Positions 62,831-64,000 of a stretch of 64,000 bases of DNA are shown in pieces. Source of the stretch: Veleropilina oligotropha. Its lineage: Eukaryota. Position numbers and translations under genes: made by a program. The first letter of the stretch is position 1, and every line of letters begins with the position of its first letter. The notes beneath the pieces were generated by a model. That model saw only the letters and a list, made by a program, of their open reading frames with translations. It was not told where the DNA came from and ran no database searches. The stretch lies in assembly GCA_048128005.1 (NCBI GenBank), contig JBEUKZ010000023.1:62001-126000 (forward strand), written 5' to 3'.

Positions 62831-64000
62831 ATGGCGGAATTCGAGAACCCCGCGTTCGAGCCCGATATCATCGACGATGATGATGTGGTTGGATCCACTG
62901 ACTGGATTGTGCCGGCACTGCCACAGGAAGGAACCAGCGGTCTGCGGCAAGAGCTCGTTCAAACAGCGGTTGATGACTACTACAACGCCCTGTCAAAGGA
63001 GGGGCAAACCCCCGCCACGGGGCGTGATTATTCCAGGTTCGATTACGTGGATGGGCGATGGCAGATGAAGGCCTATCCACACATCGATCTCATCAATTCT
63101 AGCACTGGTAAACCAAAGTCTTTGGCAACAATAGCTGGCCGGCGTGGTGGGGGTGGTGCCATCAGAGATGGGTTGGGTTTTGTAGACTGGAAGCGGGGAC
63201 AGAAGATGTCCTCAAAAGCGGTTGCAGCTCTTCAGACAGCCGACAATGAGTTGAGCGGTGCGGCCGCCAATGTAGACAACGTAGAACTGCACGACTTGGG
63301 GCGAACAGCTAATGATGCATCAGAAGCAATCCACAAAATGGAGACGACTTTCACAGATGCTGAGGTTGATGAGATCTTGAGCACGATGGGGACCCTCCAT
63401 TAAATCTTCGTGAGCTTCGCGGGCTTGACAAGGCAATGCAGACCATTCGAGGCGAGCTAACCAACAACTTAGCCAAACTATCGGCGCTTGATGAACACAT
63501 AGCGCTGGAGAAAAGGAAGCTCGACCAGGCAGATGAAGGGGTATGGAAGAGTTTGTTCGTCGACGAATCGCGGAAAGTTTGCGCGACTTAAATGATGAAC
63601 GAGCAGCTCGCCTAGAGGCAGCCTCGGCAAGCCGGGATGCCCTTCGCTCTCAAATCAGCCGGATCCGAGAGATGATAAGTCGGATTCTCCACTCAGACAC
63701 GACGCTGGCCGAGCGCATCCGGACCCTGTTTCGCGAACAGGGGGTCACGATTGTGACCATACTCACCGCGATTGGGTTGGCTATCTCGACTTTGGTACTA
63801 GCCCTAACAGGCGGACCGCCGAGCATCTCACCACCACCACCACCTTCCAGTGGTCAAGGGATAAAGGAGTGGGTAAAAAAGCAGCTGCAGAACTTGGGTC
63901 GGATTCTGGGCAAACTAGCAGGGAAGGCGGCTGCCGCACTCCCATGAATACTTGGAAGCCTGCTTTCCTGGCTTATCAACCTGGTTGGCAAAACAGCGTC
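62831..64000 (+). pseudogene. Large coiled-coil protein with C-terminal hydrophobic/amphipathic helices; frameshifts near 63400 and 63542, stop at 63945
   Basis: LRELRGLDKAMQTIRGELTNNLAKL...LAERIRTLFREQGVTIVTILTAIGLAISTLVLALTGG...LGKLAGKAAAALP. Confidence 0.6.

Larger units (their letters stand above)
53263..64000. mobile_element. Endogenous Polinton/Maverick-like virus (left part; continues beyond window)
   Basis: Abrupt shift to higher GC; dense intronless ORFs; PolB motifs, rve integrase, A32-like ATPase next to a capsid-sized ORF; repeat-rich left terminus. Confidence 0.9.

Noticed and set aside
54145..63080. Antisense and alternate-frame ORFs inside the Polinton-like element (similar ones occur inside DIRS)
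   Set aside because: Shadow ORFs expected in GC-rich coding DNA; motif-bearing frames account for the sequence.
53263..64000. Bacterial prophage or contamination
   Set aside because: rve integrase plus A32-like ATPase plus PolB is a eukaryotic Polinton signature; the ORFs are pseudogenised and contiguous with host repeats.

Overview
Animal (invertebrate-like, AT-rich, intron-rich) genomic DNA, not prokaryotic. The host gene is a minus-strand SEPT2-group septin (SEPT4/5-like). Seven core exons at 13931->1567 were reconstructed with GT-AG sites and consistent phases, candidate first exons lie at ~19.6 kb and ~41.6-42.0 kb, and the 3' end runs off the left edge. Its introns are packed with mobile DNA: a structurally complete but mutated DIRS1-type tyrosine-recombinase retrotransposon (4517-11688), a Tc1 element, an RTE remnant, tRNA-derived SINEs, Helentron-like (HINE) elements with satellite cores, and MITEs. 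A 5'-truncated LINE lies just upstream at 43.3-44.8 kb. From ~53.26 kb to the right edge lies a GC-richer endogenous Polinton/Maverick-like virus with an rve integrase, an A32-like packaging ATPase, a probable capsid protein and several membrane proteins. Its replication gene reconstructs as one unusual ~1,240-codon polyprotein: putative terminal protein, OTU-like protease, compact PolB apparently lacking the exonuclease, SF1 helicase and HNH. Two splice-site oddities affect septin exon 1567-1663: its 3' end plus donor is amplified ~19x as a 46-bp minisatellite, and its acceptor was duplicated by a SINE target-site duplication. All calls come from reading the sequence; no database searches were run.
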